Assembly: GCA_001824215.1 (NCBI GenBank)
Contig: MHWS01000022.1
Coordinates: 1 to 46,730, forward strand
Reading direction: 5' to 3'
DNA from: Candidatus Zambryskibacteria bacterium RIFCSPLOWO2_12_FULL_39_16
Lineage (GTDB): Bacteria > Patescibacteriota > Minisyncoccia > Phycocordibacterales > WO2-35-19
Length of the DNA: 46,730 nucleotides
Shown one piece after another: positions 19,485 through 29,989 of the stretch (positions within the stretch are counted from its first letter, which is position 1; every line of letters begins with the position of its first letter). The position numbers were made by a program, and so were the translations under genes. The notes under the pieces were generated by a model. That model was not told the origin of the DNA and did no database searches. It saw only the letters and a program-made list of their open reading frames with translations.

Positions 19485-20167
19485 CTTTTTTGGAATAATA
19501 TACAGGAAATCTGGTGCTTGTCTTCTCGTTCCACTTTTTGGGGAGGTAAGATTATTTTTCCTTCCGTCCAATAATCTCCAGTGAAAAATTGCCAATATTC
19601 TTGCTTTATTAAATAGGCATTATTTTGTTTTTGCCACCTATCCAGATCTTCTCGACAATAAGCTCTTGTTTTATATTTAGGTAGATTTTTTGCAGTTGAA
19701 TCGGGAAGAGAATAAACGTTTGAAACCCCCCTTTTTTCATTATAAGGAAAAGTAAGCACTAAAATTCCTCCATTTTTTAGAAGGGAAAACATTGATTTAA
19801 CTGCCTGGTCGCATTTCTCAATATGCTCCAAAGTACTGACGCACGTGATCATGTCAAAAGTATCTTTTAATTTTGAGTTGGTAATGTCGTCGTTTATGAT
19901 GTGATAATGTCGATTAAACATGCCATCGGTCCAATAGTCTTTAATGTTATCTATTGCGGTCACTTTGCAACCACAATTAGCCATAAGATGTGGTAAAGCT
20001 GTGATTCCTGTGCCAACGTCAAGTATATGTTTAGGATAGTATGTACTAATTTGCTCAAAAATAAACCTATATTCAAGAGGACGTTCATTTGGTTCACCAA
20101 AAAGAGGTTTTTTGTATTCTTTATAATTCAGTCTATTTATAAAAAAATATAAAATTTTTTTTATCAT
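19481..20167 (-). CDS. class I SAM-dependent methyltransferase
   Basis: ILDVGTGITALP motif I, FDMITCVSTLEHI and LKNGGILVLTFPY. Confidence 0.8.
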   Translation of the reverse strand: MIKKILYFFINRLNYKEYKKPLFGEPNERPLEYRFIFEQISTYYPKHILDVGTGITALPHLMANCGCKVTAIDNIKDYWTDGMFNRHYHIINDDITNSKLKDTFDMITCVSTLEHIEKCDQAVKSMFSLLKNGGILVLTFPYNEKRGVSNVYSLPDSTAKNLPKYKTRAYCREDLDRWQKQNNAYLIKQEYWQFFTGDYWTEGKIILPPQKVEREDKHQISCILFQKR

Positions 20168-20176
20168 TTCACTTTG

Positions 20177-20794
20177 TTATTTAATTGCTTCAAGAAAAAA
20201 CATTTGATCAGGACGATTATCTATTGTGTCTATATGTGGGAGTCTACTCTGCAGGTATCCCTTTTTCTCGACGGTAGTAAAGCCAGCTTCTTTGAAAAGT
20301 AAAGCCAAAGTCTCAAAATCATAAAAGTATTTGCAGACTTTATTTCCCGTCGTCTTATATCCATAAAACCAAGAGTTTATTTTATCAGCCATTGTTATGC
20401 CATAAAAACGCTCTCGGTTGCCAGCAAGCTTTTGAAAGAAAAAATCTTTATCCATATTGACATATTTCTTTGAAATTTCAAACAAATCTTGGGTTGCAAA
20501 TCTAGCGATACCTCCACTTTTTAAAACCCTATATACGTCTTTCACTATTATCTCGCCCCTTTCTCGTGAGAAATAGTTTATAGCCGATATACAAATGATG
20601 TTGTCAATTGAGTTAGATGCGAATGGTAATAATTTTTTTTCCAAATCTACATGTATGTCTGCATCTGGATATATATCTACATCTGCAAATGTCTCTACTC
20701 GCACTCCACCGCCACAGAGATTGATGTTTTTCCATTTTTCTCCGAATCCAAAAAGTCTCCATTTGACTAGATAGTAATTCAATTTTCCGCGCAT
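20177..20794 (-). CDS. SAM-dependent methyltransferase (Methyltransf_11-like)
   Basis: IDNIICISAINYF and VYRVLKSGGIARFATQD. Divergent motif I NLCGGG. Confidence 0.65.
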   Translation of the reverse strand: MRGKLNYYLVKWRLFGFGEKWKNINLCGGGVRVETFADVDIYPDADIHVDLEKKLLPFASNSIDNIICISAINYFSRERGEIIVKDVYRVLKSGGIARFATQDLFEISKKYVNMDKDFFFQKLAGNRERFYGITMADKINSWFYGYKTTGNKVCKYFYDFETLALLFKEAGFTTVEKKGYLQSRLPHIDTIDNRPDQMFFLEAIK

Positions 20795-20824
20795 TTTTTT
20801 ATGAAGTTTGTAGCTCTTTTCATT

Positions 20825-22246
20825 TTATTTTACAAGATCTTTCAGAATAGTTTTCATTTTTACTCTATCAGTTTCAATGTATGGAATTTCTTCTTTAAAA
20901 TTAAATTCTGATTTGTCTTTTCTTAATATTTCTAAAATTTTTTCGCTTGTATTAGCGAAACTAAAGAGGTCATTTTTTGCATAGGCTCCAAAAACATCCA
21001 TACTTTCTGCATCTGTAATTATGGGATGCACTTCAAAGACTAGTGCTTCATAAGCCACCGTAGACCAGGGCGTTATAAGAAAGTCCGTATTAAGTAAAAT
21101 ATCAAACAGGGGCATGCTAGAAGATTTCTCTACTTCTATATTAGAGTTACCGGTCCACGCAAATTCTTTGAGAGTTTTTTCTTTAATAATGGGATCTTTT
21201 ATTCTCATGGGATGAAGTCTGACTTGCCAGTGCCAATTTGCGGGAGACCCTCTTACAGCCTCTAAAATATATTGGATTGGGAAGTCTTTATTCGGTAAGG
21301 CAATCAAAATATTTTTGGAACTCCGTTTTTTATCTCCTGTATCCTTATTCGTATTTGATACAAATCGTGATATCCATGGATTGCCTCCAACAAATGCTTG
21401 GTGTTCCGGGTAGACAGCTTCTGACCATTTGTTTATCTCCCGAGCAGATTCCTCTCCCCAACACCACCATAGATGGGGCATGATATCATAACCTCCGGCA
21501 GGTATATTATTCCAAGCTCTATAGAGTCCATGTTGTTCTCCATGTTGGACCTCAACTGTCTTGATGTTAAGTTTTCTGCATGCTCTTATGTAACCCCAGC
21601 CTGTAGGGTGGTAATAGCATTCTAAGAAACAGACTTTCGGGTTAATCTTTTTTAAGATTCTCTCAAATATTTTCTCGTATTCTAAGGTAGCTTCGATATT
21701 ATTTATTATAAAATCTTTGTTTAATTTTATATTTGGGAAGTTGTTTTCCAGATATTTTTCTAGTTTCTCCCAATTTTGTATTTCCACTTTTTGCTTCAAG
21801 CTAAAAATCTTTTCTCTATCTATGAAATAAGTATTACCCCAGACTGGCTTTTTCTTGCTGGAAAGGTCTAGCGTGACTGAATCAACCCCGACCTCTTTCA
21901 AAATTTCTTGCAAGCTATTAGAAAAACGGCTAAAATATTTGTTCTCCACCTGGATTGTTCTCTCCAACCTAGCAATAAGAAAAACCACATCAGTTTCTTT
22001 GTATTTATTTGGGTTTAATTTATATAAAATAAACCCCACATAGATATTCACTTTCTCTACAATTTTTTCAATCAAATTTTTCTTTTTTGCAGGTTCCTCC
22101 CCGGAATTTTTAAATCTGGAATAAAGAATTTTCCACATCTCAAGTCGGATAATAGGCCAGATTTTTAGGTTCTTGTACTCTATCTTAGATATAGGAACGT
22201 TATCCTCAATGTTATTTAATATCCTTATTATTTCTTTATACTGCAT
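20825..22246 (-). CDS. uncharacterised 473-aa protein; candidate CMP-sugar-dependent GT-B transferase (KpsS/KpsC- or sialyltransferase-like HP motif)
   Basis: The ORF is clear but the function is weak. VRLHPMR (an HP motif) and ITPWSTVAYEALVFEVHPI resemble the CMP-binding half of capsule beta-Kdo and sialyl transferases. Based on remembered motifs only. Confidence 0.4.
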   Translation of the reverse strand: MQYKEIIRILNNIEDNVPISKIEYKNLKIWPIIRLEMWKILYSRFKNSGEEPAKKKNLIEKIVEKVNIYVGFILYKLNPNKYKETDVVFLIARLERTIQVENKYFSRFSNSLQEILKEVGVDSVTLDLSSKKKPVWGNTYFIDREKIFSLKQKVEIQNWEKLEKYLENNFPNIKLNKDFIINNIEATLEYEKIFERILKKINPKVCFLECYYHPTGWGYIRACRKLNIKTVEVQHGEQHGLYRAWNNIPAGGYDIMPHLWWCWGEESAREINKWSEAVYPEHQAFVGGNPWISRFVSNTNKDTGDKKRSSKNILIALPNKDFPIQYILEAVRGSPANWHWQVRLHPMRIKDPIIKEKTLKEFAWTGNSNIEVEKSSSMPLFDILLNTDFLITPWSTVAYEALVFEVHPIITDAESMDVFGAYAKNDLFSFANTSEKILEILRKDKSEFNFKEEIPYIETDRVKMKTILKDLVK

Positions 22247-22292
22247 TTTATAAGTAGTGTTTCTTTATTCGTAAATAATGTGTCGTAGATGT

Positions 22293-23105
22293 TCATTTTA
22301 ACAGTTTTGTTTTAATAAACCACAAATATTTCCAAAATCTCTCTTTAAATCTTCTTTTTCTTGCTTTTTTGATAAATCCATTAATATAGTCTGATGTTTT
22401 AGCATCTGCCAGTTGTTTTGCGTAGTCAAAATATCCATAGGCCAGATATATTTTTATGGCGTTCAGAACTTTATCTTCTCCCATGCCCTTTACATATTCT
22501 GGTTTTCTAAAATATAGAGCATCGGTCCAGATAAGTTGTTGACCCCAATATTGCAGTTTCCTAAAAGTTATTAAACTAAATCCTTGATTAGTTATAAAGC
22601 TATCCACATCCTTGAATAGAGGTTGGTTCTTGTAAATAGGTATAAACTCTACTTCGGTTTCAATAGCGATTACATTCTTGAGAGTTTTGATTGAGCCTTT
22701 TAGTACGGGCAGTTCATATCCCTGAATATCTATTTTTAGAACATCTACATCTTTTCCTTCCAAAACATTATCTAGAGTGTCAGTTTCAATCTCTATTTTT
22801 TTAAGTACATCAAACCTGCTTGCTTCATATTCTTCCGGTTCTGGAAATTGTTTTATTAACTCCATATTTGGTTCATAAAAAGACGATACAGTCTGCTTGC
22901 GACAGAGGTTAAATTTTTTCTTGCCTTTGATATCTGAAAGGGCTATTTTAAAAACTTCTAAATCTGGTAAGAAAACCGCTCTGTCGTCTGGTTCAAATGA
23001 AAATATTTTAATATTAAAATCATTCCAGCGTTTGTCTAGCCCTCCACTCGCGCCCACATCCGCTATTGCAAGAGGATCATGTAGAATTAGCTTATTTTCT
23101 TGCAT
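22293..23105 (-). CDS. FkbM-family methyltransferase
   Basis: IADVGASGGL, IFSFEPDD and VLKIDIQGYELPVLKG motifs. Confidence 0.75.
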   Translation of the reverse strand: MQENKLILHDPLAIADVGASGGLDKRWNDFNIKIFSFEPDDRAVFLPDLEVFKIALSDIKGKKKFNLCRKQTVSSFYEPNMELIKQFPEPEEYEASRFDVLKKIEIETDTLDNVLEGKDVDVLKIDIQGYELPVLKGSIKTLKNVIAIETEVEFIPIYKNQPLFKDVDSFITNQGFSLITFRKLQYWGQQLIWTDALYFRKPEYVKGMGEDKVLNAIKIYLAYGYFDYAKQLADAKTSDYINGFIKKARKRRFKERFWKYLWFIKTKLLK

Positions 23106-23926
23106 ATTATTTTTCGCACCTCTTCTAGATCTGAAGGAGTGTCGACTGCTATATTTTCACTTACCACCTCAATCATTTTTATAGGTATTTTATTTTCAAT
23201 AAACCGTAGAGATTCTATTTCTTCGCTATGTTCTAGCAGACCTTTTGGAAGAGAAGCGTATCTTTTCAAAGCTTCAGGCCGAAAACCATATACAGCCACT
23301 ATTTTGAAATATTTAGAAACAAGATTTCTTGGATAAGGAATAGGAAATCTAGAAAAAAACATTGCTTCATTATTATGATTAACCACTACGTTTGGAACGG
23401 TAGTACTGACTAACTCGTGCATTCTTGTGATTTCTGACATTAAATGAACAACCTGAATTGATGGGTCGTCAATCATTGGCTTTATCGCCGCATCTATGAC
23501 TTTAGGATCTATTAAAGGTTCGTCTCCTTGGATATTAATGTAAATATCAGCAGGAATTTTTTTGGCCACTTCTGCTACTCGGTCGGTGCCTGTCGCATGT
23601 CTGGTATTTGTCATTATGTATGGAATTTTTAACTTCTTGCACACTTTAGCTATTCTTTCATCGTCAGTGGCGATGACTGATTCTGTTAATAATTTAGATT
23701 TACAGGCTTGATTATACACCCACCAAATCATCGGCTTGCCACAAATATCAGCCAACGGTTTGCCTGGTAGACGGGTTGAAGTAAATCGAGCCGGAATAAC
23801 ACCGATTATCTTTAGGTTTTTAGCTTTATTTTTCAACGTTTTTAGTTGTTTAACAAAAGCCAATGTAACACATTCTACATTAATTGCAACTAAAAAATTA
23901 CCACGCACTCCAACCGCCATCAACAT
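23087..23926 (-). CDS. KdsB-type cytidylyltransferase (CMP-3-deoxy-manno-octulosonate synthase family, CTP_transf_3)
   Basis: VIPARFTSTRLPGKPLADICGKPMIWWV and NIQGDEPLI motifs. The true start is uncertain: the ORF-track ATG overlaps the SDR stop by 29 nt, and internal GTG (23908) and TTG (23863) are alternatives. Confidence 0.8.
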   Translation of the reverse strand: MLMAVGVRGNFLVAINVECVTLAFVKQLKTLKNKAKNLKIIGVIPARFTSTRLPGKPLADICGKPMIWWVYNQACKSKLLTESVIATDDERIAKVCKKLKIPYIMTNTRHATGTDRVAEVAKKIPADIYINIQGDEPLIDPKVIDAAIKPMIDDPSIQVVHLMSEITRMHELVSTTVPNVVVNHNNEAMFFSRFPIPYPRNLVSKYFKIVAVYGFRPEALKRYASLPKGLLEHSEEIESLRFIENKIPIKMIEVVSENIAVDTPSDLEEVRKIICKKIS

Positions 23927-24662
23927 TCAAAGTTTCCCCTGTTATATATTTTGAGGCATCAGATGAAAGGAAAAGACACGCATTGGCCACGTCGAGCGAA
24001 GACCCCCACTTTCCCTGAGGAGTTCTATCAAGAGTAAATTTATATAAGTCAGTTTTCTTCTTAAAGTTCTCAGCATATGATGTTTCGCAAAAACCGGGGG
24101 CGATAGCATTGACGTTTATATTGTACTCTGACCACTCTGTAGCTAGACATTTAGTTAGGGTAATCATACCCCCTTTAGATGTACCGTAAGCAGCTAATTC
24201 AGGCAGGCCCAACGTCCCTATAATTGATGCGATATTAACAATTTTACCTCTTTTTACAGAAACCATATACCTACCCACTTCTCTACAAAAATAATATACG
24301 CTATTTAGATTAGTATTAATTATCTTATTCCAATCTTCCGTCGTAGTATCAAGAAATCTTTTCCTGAATCGCATACCGGCGTTATTTATAAGCACATCTA
24401 TTTTTTTGAATCTATCTATCGTTTGTTTTACAAACTCAACAACCTCTTGCTCATTGGAGACATCGCCGCAGAAATATAACATACGGCCATCTTCAAACCC
24501 AGCCTCTTTCTTGAGTGTCAGCAAGTCGTCATCATTTCTCGTCATCAAAGCAAGTTTTGCTCCAGATGCGCAAAACAATTTCGCTGTTTCTCGGCCAATA
24601 CCCTTTCCGCTCCCTGTTATGATGCAGACTTTGTTTTTTAATGAGAATTGCTCTTGTAGCAT
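23898..24662 (-). CDS. short-chain dehydrogenase/reductase (FabG-like SDR)
   Basis: ITGSGKGIGRETA, NNAG and YGTSKGG (Y-x3-K) motifs. Confidence 0.85.
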   Translation of the reverse strand: MLQEQFSLKNKVCIITGSGKGIGRETAKLFCASGAKLALMTRNDDDLLTLKKEAGFEDGRMLYFCGDVSNEQEVVEFVKQTIDRFKKIDVLINNAGMRFRKRFLDTTTEDWNKIINTNLNSVYYFCREVGRYMVSVKRGKIVNIASIIGTLGLPELAAYGTSKGGMITLTKCLATEWSEYNINVNAIAPGFCETSYAENFKKKTDLYKFTLDRTPQGKWGSSLDVANACLFLSSDASKYITGETLNVDGGWSAW

Positions 24663-24667
24663 AGAAC

Positions 24668-25804
24668 TTATGTGATTAGATAATTAAAAGCTTCTATTAT
24701 ATAGCTATCCGGCATGTTGCTGTAAACTCCACTCAGTCCAATTTTTTCAGCCAGCACAAATCTCAATCGGTTGTCTTTCCTCTTTTTATCTTTGAGGATA
24801 TTTTCTAGACATTCTTTAATAAGGCGGTCGCGCTTAAATCCAATCTTTTTAGAGTCAACTTTTATCGGTAAACCATATTTTGCCAAGATTGCCTCATGTT
24901 TTTTCAAGACATTATTTTTTTTAGGAAAATATCTTTCTGCCAGAAATGCCGCTCCCACCATGCCAAGTGATACTCCTTCTCCGTGCCTGTATACTTCTTT
25001 AGAAACATCGGTAGATATTTCTATTGAGTGTCCCATAGTGTGCCCATAGTTTAATTTTAGACGTTTATCTTGTTCTCGAGTATCTCCGGAAACATGTTCT
25101 AGTTTTATCTCGACAGTTCGACACATAATATGGAGTAGCTCATCCTGCTTTCTGTTGCATATTGCTTGAGAATTGGAATCAAGATATTCAAACAGTTCTC
25201 TGTCTGAAATAATCGCACACTTTATAATTTCTGCCAATCCGGATATGTAGTTTCTCTCTGACAGAGATTCCAGTAATTCAAGGTCAATTATATTTAATAT
25301 GGGGTGGTAATAATTACCTATTGCGTTAATAGTTTTACCGAAATTTACAGCAACTTTTCCTCCAATACTACTGTCAATCATTCCCATGATAGTTGTTGGG
25401 ACTTGTATGAAGTTGATGCCACGAAGATATGTACTAGCTACAAAACCAGTCAGATCGCCAATGACTCCTCCTCCAATAGCTACGATAGTTGAATCCCGTG
25501 ACAAGTTCTTTTTTTCGAGAAGTGTATAGATATCAACGACTTTGTTTATAGTTTTGTTGTGTTTACCAGATTTCAGCGCATACGTATATACTTCGTATCC
25601 AGAATCTTTTAAGGTAGGGCATATTTTGCCGTAGACCTTGTCTTTAAAAAATGGATCAAAAATTAGCACAACTTTCTTGTTTTTAGTCTTATTGTTCAAA
25701 TTTTCCACCAAACTTTCTGACAATAAATTTCTTCCGACTAATATATTATAACGGCTATCATCCAGTTCTACTTTATAAGTTTTATATATTGTGCCGTTCT
25801 TCAT
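24668..25804 (-). CDS. 3-dehydroquinate synthase family sugar-phosphate cyclase (AroB-like)
   Basis: GGGVIGDLTGFVASTYLRGINFIQVPTT, DSSIGGKVAVN, GLAEIIKCA, RLKLNYGHTMGHSIE and HGEGVSLGM all align with DHQS motifs. The substrate cannot be assigned from sequence alone. Confidence 0.85.
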   Translation of the reverse strand: MKNGTIYKTYKVELDDSRYNILVGRNLLSESLVENLNNKTKNKKVVLIFDPFFKDKVYGKICPTLKDSGYEVYTYALKSGKHNKTINKVVDIYTLLEKKNLSRDSTIVAIGGGVIGDLTGFVASTYLRGINFIQVPTTIMGMIDSSIGGKVAVNFGKTINAIGNYYHPILNIIDLELLESLSERNYISGLAEIIKCAIISDRELFEYLDSNSQAICNRKQDELLHIMCRTVEIKLEHVSGDTREQDKRLKLNYGHTMGHSIEISTDVSKEVYRHGEGVSLGMVGAAFLAERYFPKKNNVLKKHEAILAKYGLPIKVDSKKIGFKRDRLIKECLENILKDKKRKDNRLRFVLAEKIGLSGVYSNMPDSYIIEAFNYLIT

Positions 25805-25812
25805 TTGAGCAA

Positions 25813-25818
25813 TTGTAT
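25813..25818 (-). promoter_or_regulatory. -10-like TACAAT (minus strand), 8 nt upstream of the ATG at 25804; a second TACAAT lies 5 nt further upstream
   Basis: Reverse complement of 25813-25823 reads TACAATACAAT. Confidence 0.3.
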
Positions 25819-25897
25819 TAGTATAACATTAAGTTCAGAGAGACTTCTAAAATCTTGACTAGAGCAATCTAACACAATGTATGATTTTTACAAAATT

Positions 25898-27169
25898 TTA
25901 TTTAATTCTCTCTATACTCCATTTTAAAGGTATGATAGTCAGCGAATTTTCTCTAGTAGTTTCAACAACCGGGAAAGCAAACTTCCCACTGTTGTATATA
26001 GATATGATATTGTGTTCTATAACACGATCCAAATAATTTGTTGCATTTGTTGCAATACCAGCCAGGACTGAATAAGAACCTGAATTTAAGAGTGGGTCAA
26101 GCTTTGCTACTGCTTTATATAAACCTGGTTCTTTTAGCGATTTTTGGTTGTTATCATTGCTCAAACTGAAAAGTATAAATGTGCTTGGGTCAGACGATTT
26201 GAATATTTTTAATACTACGAAAGATTGAAGCTCAACTTTTAGCTGGTACTCGATTTCAATAAAAAATGGTTTTGACATATCCAATTTTGAATTGATGTTT
26301 CCTTCATCATCTCTTATCGTCATTTTTAATATTTCTACTTCATTCTTTTTTCTTTTGGAATCAAAATATTTAGTCTGACCTGTCTGATTTTTTCCTAAAT
26401 ATTTTGCTACGACTTCTTTAGTGTCTCCAATATTTTTTATTCGCCCTTCACTTATATGCATGCATTTTGGACAGAGTTGTTTTACGGCTTCCATATTATG
26501 GCTAACAAAAAGAATAGTGCGACCTTCTTTTTTGGTGATATCTTCCATTTTACCGAGACACTTTTTCTGGAACTCCGCATCTCCTACAGCGAGGACTTCA
26601 TCAACCATTAAAATATCTGGCTCCATATGGGCAGCTACAGAAAAAGCTAGGCGGACATACATGCCACTTGAATAATATTTGACTGGAGTATCTAAGAATT
26701 TGCCTATACCGGCAAACTCAACTATTTCATCAAATTTTTTAGCTATCTCTTTTTTCTTCATACCCAAGATTGCACCATTGAGAAAAATGTTTTCTCGGCC
26801 CGTAAGTTCCGGGTGGAATCCAGTGCCGACTTCGAGGAGAGAGCCCACTTTACCCCGCAAAACAATCTCGCCCTCTGTTGGGGGAGTGATTTGGGAAAGA
26901 ATTTTAAGCAAAGTTGATTTACCGGCGCCGTTGCCGCCGATAATACCGATAACTTCGCCTTTTTGGACAGTAAAATTTACGTTCTTTAATGCCCAGAATT
27001 CTTCTTTTTTTTCAAAGCCGGATACTTGCTTGGCTTTTGTTTTTAGAAAAGAGAAAGGGGACTTAAACACATTCATCAAGACATCACGCAAGGCCACATA
27101 GCCACCCCGTTGATGGGTAATGTTGTATTTCTTCCCAATATTTTTTATTTCTATAATAGGTTTATCCAT
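25898..27169 (-). CDS. polysaccharide ABC exporter ATP-binding protein (Wzt/TagH type) with a ~160-aa C-terminal extension
   Basis: Walker A GGNGAGKST, signature YSSGM, Walker B ILMVDEVLAVGD and H-loop SHN. The C-terminal beta-rich region is consistent with a Wzt_C-type glycan-binding domain. Confidence 0.9.
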   Translation of the reverse strand: MDKPIIEIKNIGKKYNITHQRGGYVALRDVLMNVFKSPFSFLKTKAKQVSGFEKKEEFWALKNVNFTVQKGEVIGIIGGNGAGKSTLLKILSQITPPTEGEIVLRGKVGSLLEVGTGFHPELTGRENIFLNGAILGMKKKEIAKKFDEIVEFAGIGKFLDTPVKYYSSGMYVRLAFSVAAHMEPDILMVDEVLAVGDAEFQKKCLGKMEDITKKEGRTILFVSHNMEAVKQLCPKCMHISEGRIKNIGDTKEVVAKYLGKNQTGQTKYFDSKRKKNEVEILKMTIRDDEGNINSKLDMSKPFFIEIEYQLKVELQSFVVLKIFKSSDPSTFILFSLSNDNNQKSLKEPGLYKAVAKLDPLLNSGSYSVLAGIATNATNYLDRVIEHNIISIYNSGKFAFPVVETTRENSLTIIPLKWSIERIK

Positions 27170-27171
27170 AT

Positions 27172-27990
27172 CTATATAATATCTGCGAAATATCTTTCGG
27201 TTTTCTTAAAAACATATGTCCCAAATATCATAAGTACTAATGTGCCCCAGAGAGAGATGTTTATGAGTAGCCAATTGATGGGGGCAGTGCCAAGTAAGGC
27301 CGCTCTGGCGCTTTGGATGACGCCCATCATAGGATTTAATGCCAATATAAATGAATACTTTCCAGCAATTGATGCGGGATAAATAACCGGTGTGAGAAAC
27401 AGAAGTATTTGTATAAAAAATGGTAAAGCATACCTCACATCCCTGTATTTAACATTTATGGACGCCAGGAAAAGCCCCAGTCCTATGGAAGCCATAAAAG
27501 TAATAAGGAGAAGCAAGGGTAAAATAAGAAGACCGGAGAGATGTGGCATATATCCGTAATAAAACATAAGGCTTATTAGTATCAAAGTGGCTATAAAAAA
27601 ATCTACCAATTTGGTTATAACGCTTGAAACAGGCAAAATAAGTCTAGGGAAATAAACTTTGGTGATTATGGATTGATTGCTGATAAGAGTCATGCTGGTA
27701 TCTGAAAGAGCGCTGGAGAAAAACTGCCAAAATAAAAGGCCGACGTAAACAAAGATTGGGTAAGGCACTCCATCGGATGGTATTTTGGCCAGTCCGCCGA
27801 AGAATATGGAAAAGACCACCATAGTAATAAAGGGTTGAAATATGGCCCATGCCACTCCTATAAATGTCTGCTTATAGCGCACTTTCAAGTCTCGCCATGT
27901 GAAAAAATATAAAAGCTCTCTATATTGCCAGAGTTCTTTAATATCTTTCAAACTAAAAGTCTTGCGAGGTCTTATAACCGTTGTCTCCAT
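27172..27990 (-). CDS. ABC-2 type polysaccharide exporter permease (Wzm/TagG type)
   Basis: N-terminal LWQYRELLYFFTWRDLKVRYKQTFIGVAWA signature, followed by six hydrophobic segments. Adjacent to the ATPase. Confidence 0.9.
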   Translation of the reverse strand: METTVIRPRKTFSLKDIKELWQYRELLYFFTWRDLKVRYKQTFIGVAWAIFQPFITMVVFSIFFGGLAKIPSDGVPYPIFVYVGLLFWQFFSSALSDTSMTLISNQSIITKVYFPRLILPVSSVITKLVDFFIATLILISLMFYYGYMPHLSGLLILPLLLLITFMASIGLGLFLASINVKYRDVRYALPFFIQILLFLTPVIYPASIAGKYSFILALNPMMGVIQSARAALLGTAPINWLLINISLWGTLVLMIFGTYVFKKTERYFADII

Positions 27991-28000
27991 AATTTAAAGC

Positions 28001-28009
28001 ATAATAACA
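28001..28009 (-). promoter_or_regulatory. extended -10 box TGTTATTAT (minus strand), 10 nt upstream of the ATG at 27990
   Basis: Reverse complement of 28001-28009. Confidence 0.35.
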
Positions 28010-28026
28010 TAAATAACAGATTTTTT

Positions 28027-29944
<1,918 letters not shown>

Positions 29945-29973
29945 GAGACAACCTTAGCATATTTGTCTCTTTG

Positions 29974-29982
29974 TGTTAATAT
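29974..29982 (+). promoter_or_regulatory. extended -10 box TGTTAATAT, 7 nt upstream of ATG 29990
   Basis: Lies in the 45-nt divergent gap between gmd and the Wzy_C/TPR gene. Confidence 0.4.
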
Positions 29983-29989
29983 AGGATTT

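Noticed and set aside
19485-19595. N-terminal 37-codon extension of the QW-repeat ORF (ORF-track start 19595)
   Set aside because: It overlaps the 3' end of the upstream methyltransferase by 115 nt. The internal ATG at 19484 gives a clean ATGA stop/start overlap like the other coupled genes in the locus.
26679-27101. Long antisense ORFs inside confident genes. Examples are 616-1095, 3910-4287, 4172-4540, 7659-8045, 26421-26675, 26679-27101, 37249-37605 and 42517-42813
   Set aside because: They are shadow ORFs opposite genes with strong family motifs. They have low-complexity or odd composition and no independent start signals.
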